Shown: in pieces, positions 45,790 to 48,844 of the stretch
Layout of the letters: every line of letters starts with the position of its first letter
Position numbering within the stretch: position 1 is the stretch's first letter
Origin: Felis catus
Lineage: Eukaryota
Assembly (NCBI RefSeq): GCF_018350175.1
Contig: NC_058382.1
Location: forward strand, 61,940,001 to 61,988,844
Length of the DNA stretch: 48,844 nucleotides
Direction of reading: 5' to 3'
Program-made: the position numbers and the translations under genes
Notes under the pieces: model-generated
The model's database searches: none
Told to the model about the DNA's origin: nothing
What the model saw: only the letters and a program-made list of their open reading frames with translations

Positions 45790-48700
45790 CACAGGAATGG
45801 TGTCACATCCACACTGGTGAAGTCCCTGGTCAGAACATTAACCCTAGTTAAGGATGTTTCTAGATGGGGACCCAATTCCTATCTCTGATAACACCACAAA
45901 CAAATGGCACAAAGCGGTACAGAATTACTCGACATGGAACATCAAACATCATGACATTTCCAATGCCCGCATGGAGCAGCACAAGGGGGCTGATGAGGCC
46001 CAATTAAAGATGGTACACACATGAGGCTGGTCCTGGAACACAAAGACTAAGCCTGAACAGCCTGTTCTGATAAGGCCCGCACACAATCCTCTGGGGAGAC
46101 CACTACACTGCGGAGGTTCAGTGCTTGGAGCTTCCTGGGACCTAAGCCTAACCTTAACTGTGACACTCACATACCGCTCAAACTAAACCTCACCCCAACT
46201 CTAAACCTAACCCTACACATGACCCACACCCGCGCATGGACCCTCATTCAGCCCTCAGGGTGATCATGGCACTGGTGTCGCTTTGGCCCTGGCAACATCC
46301 ATGGAATGAACCTTAACCTTGGCAAAAGCTTTCTCCTAATGGGGACCCAATTCCTAAGTCTGAGGACATGACGGACATAGGGCCCAGAAGCGGAGGAGGA
46401 TTATGTGGCATGGAACCTGGAACATCATCATGTCGTTTCCAAAGACCAGAAGGAGCTCCACAGGGGACTTCTTGAGGTCTAACCGAGGAGTGGCACTGGA
46501 ACCCAAAACTCAGCCTGACTGGGACCCTCCTTAGACCCCTCCACTCAGCCTGGTAGGGTGACAATGGCCCTACTGGGGGTATAGTGCCAGGAGCCTCCTG
46601 TGACCAAGCCCTAATCTTGACAGTGACCCACAGTATACACGTGAACCTAAACCTCACCTCATCTTTAAACACTCACCCTACACCTGACTCACACCATGCA
46701 TGTGCCCTCATATCATCAATTCAGGGAGATCACAGGACTGGTGTCACTTCAGCCCTGGAGATTTCCCTGGCCAAAACCCTAACTGTAGCTAAGGCTTTCT
46801 GCATATGGAGACCGAATTTCCACAGTCTGACAAGAGCAGGCACAATTGGTTGAGAAACGGTGCAGGACAATTGTGTGTGAAGCGTGGAACATCACCATGT
46901 CATTTCCAAAGCAGGGCTTCAGATGCACTGGAGGATTCCTGAGACCTACCGAAGAGTGCGGATATAGGTGTGGGGCCGTGGAAGGCAAAGACTAATGCTG
47001 ACTGGTACCCTGCCTTCTGCACTCCAGTCAGCCCTTCGTGGAGACAACTGCACTGCTGTAGGTTCAGGGTCTAGAACCTCCTGGGAACTAATCTCAACCA
47101 TAAACAGAAACATAACGCTAACGCTACACCTAAACCTAACACGAACTCTCACACTAACTCTAAAGCAGACACACACCCGCCCATGTGCCCACATTTCAGC
47201 CCTCCATGGAATTCACGAGAATGGTATCGCTTCGGCCCTGGCGATGTCCCTGTACCGAACCCTAACCCTAGCTAAGGCTCTCTCCCATGGAGACCCAATT
47301 CCAAAGTCTGATAACAGCACGTACATGGGTTCCAGAATCGGTGCAGAAATACTCAACATAACATGGAACATCACCATGTCATATCCAAAGCCCGACTGCA
47401 GCTACAACAGAGGATTTATGAGTACTACATGAAGAGCTTTCCATACACTTGTCTGGACTTTGTACCCAAAGACAAATCCTTACTGGAAACCTCCATTGTG
47501 TACTCCACTCAGCCCATCGGGGAGACAGCAGTACTAGGAGATTCCTGAGCCCCACCAGAAGGGTGGCCCATACATTTGACTGGCCATGGAACCCGAAGAC
47601 TAATCCTGACCGGCACCCTCCCTTGTGTACTCCACTGAAACCTTCGGGGAGACAACTTCTCTGCTGTCAGTTCAGTACCTGGAGCCTCCTGGGACATAAC
47701 CCTGACACTAAACCTAACCCTAACCCTCACCCTACACCTGACCCTATCTATCACACTAACTCTAAAACAGACCCAGAACCAAGAATGTGCCCTCACGTCA
47801 CCCTCCATGGATTCACAACACTGGTGTCACTTTGTCCCTGGCAATGTCCCTGGACCGAACCCTAACCCTAGGTAAGGCTTTCTTCCCACGGGGACCCAAT
47901 TCCAAAGTATGACAACAGCACGCATACGGGTTCAAGAATCGGTGGAGAAATACTCGCCATGGGATGTGTAACATCACAACGTCATTTCCAAAGAGCTATG
48001 GCAGCTGCACTACAGGAATTCTTAGGCCTAACCGAAGGGTGGCCCGTATATTTCTCTGGCCTTGGAACCCAAAAACTAATCCTGTCCGGCACCTTCCCTT
48101 GTGTACTCCACTCAGACCTTTGGGGAGACATTGCTCTTCTGTGGGGTGTCTAGAGACTCCTGGGACCTAACTCTAAACCTAACCTTAAAGATAACCGTCA
48201 CCCTACACCTAACCCTATCTGTAACCCTAACCCTACACTTGACCCGCACCGTCACATGGGCCCTCACTTTAGCCCTCAAGGGAGATCACGAGACTGGAGT
48301 CGCTTCAGCCATGGCAATGTCCCTGGACCGAACCCTATCCCTAAGTAACCCTAGCTAAGGCTGTCTCCCATGGGGACCCAAAACCAAGTGTGACAACACC
48401 ACGCACCTGGGGGTCCAGAAGCGGTGCAGGATCACTCGGCATAGAACCTGGAACAACACCATGTCCTTTCAAAGACCTGGCTGCGGCATCCCGAGAGGAT
48501 TCCAGAGGCCTCACTGACCAGTGGCCCAAAGAGTTGTGTGGTATTGGAAGCCACAAGACTAATCCTGAAACAGCACCCTACCATGTGCCCTCACTCTTAT
48601 TCCTTTGGGAAGACAACTGCACTGCTGTTGGGTTCAGCGCCTGGAGCATCCTGGGTCCTAAACACTACCCTAAACCTAAGCATAAACCAGAACCACTCAA

Positions 48701-48844
48701 CTGAAACCTAATCCTATCTCAACCACTAACCCTTACTTGAAATCACTGTCGCATGGGCTCTCACTTCATCCCTGGGGGGACATCACGAGACTGGAGTTGC
48801 TTCGGACATGGCGACGTCCAGGAACAGAACCTTAACCCTAGCTA
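45790..48844. repeat. Diverged FA-SAT-like feline satellite monomers (~480 bp, about 6 copies), running off the window end
   Basis: Marker 'ctggtgtcgcttcggccctggc'-like at 45797, 46272, 46738, 47221, 47821, 48294 and 48791 (spacings 475, 466, 483, 600, 473, 497). Each monomer has TAACCC-variant runs and 'aaccctagctaaggct...catggggacccaa'. FA-SAT is known as a ~483-bp feline satellite containing TAACCC variants. Confidence 0.82.

Overview
This is mammalian genomic DNA, most likely felid: it carries SINEC_Fc-type CAN-SINEs, carnivore and feline LINE-1 and an FA-SAT-like satellite. I find no credible intact protein-coding gene. The ORF track is decayed L1 ORF1/ORF2 plus open frames through a tandem repeat. 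Layout: degenerate (CCCTAA)n at 1-83; a LINE/SINE-rich block to 8320; copy A of a ~10 kb direct duplication (8321-18216); a 12.3 kb GC-rich array of about 370 33-bp units with a 495-bp higher-order period (18217-30487); copy B of the duplication (30488-40669); more L1/SINE; a degenerate telomere-like tract (~45110-45775); and diverged ~480-bp FA-SAT-like monomers to the end. The most unusual element is the giant palindrome-rich minisatellite, which sits exactly at the junction of the duplication inside an island bounded by telomere-like and FA-SAT DNA. Repeat family names come from recalled consensus sequences, not a database search. Most boundaries are approximate to tens of bp unless a junction is quoted.
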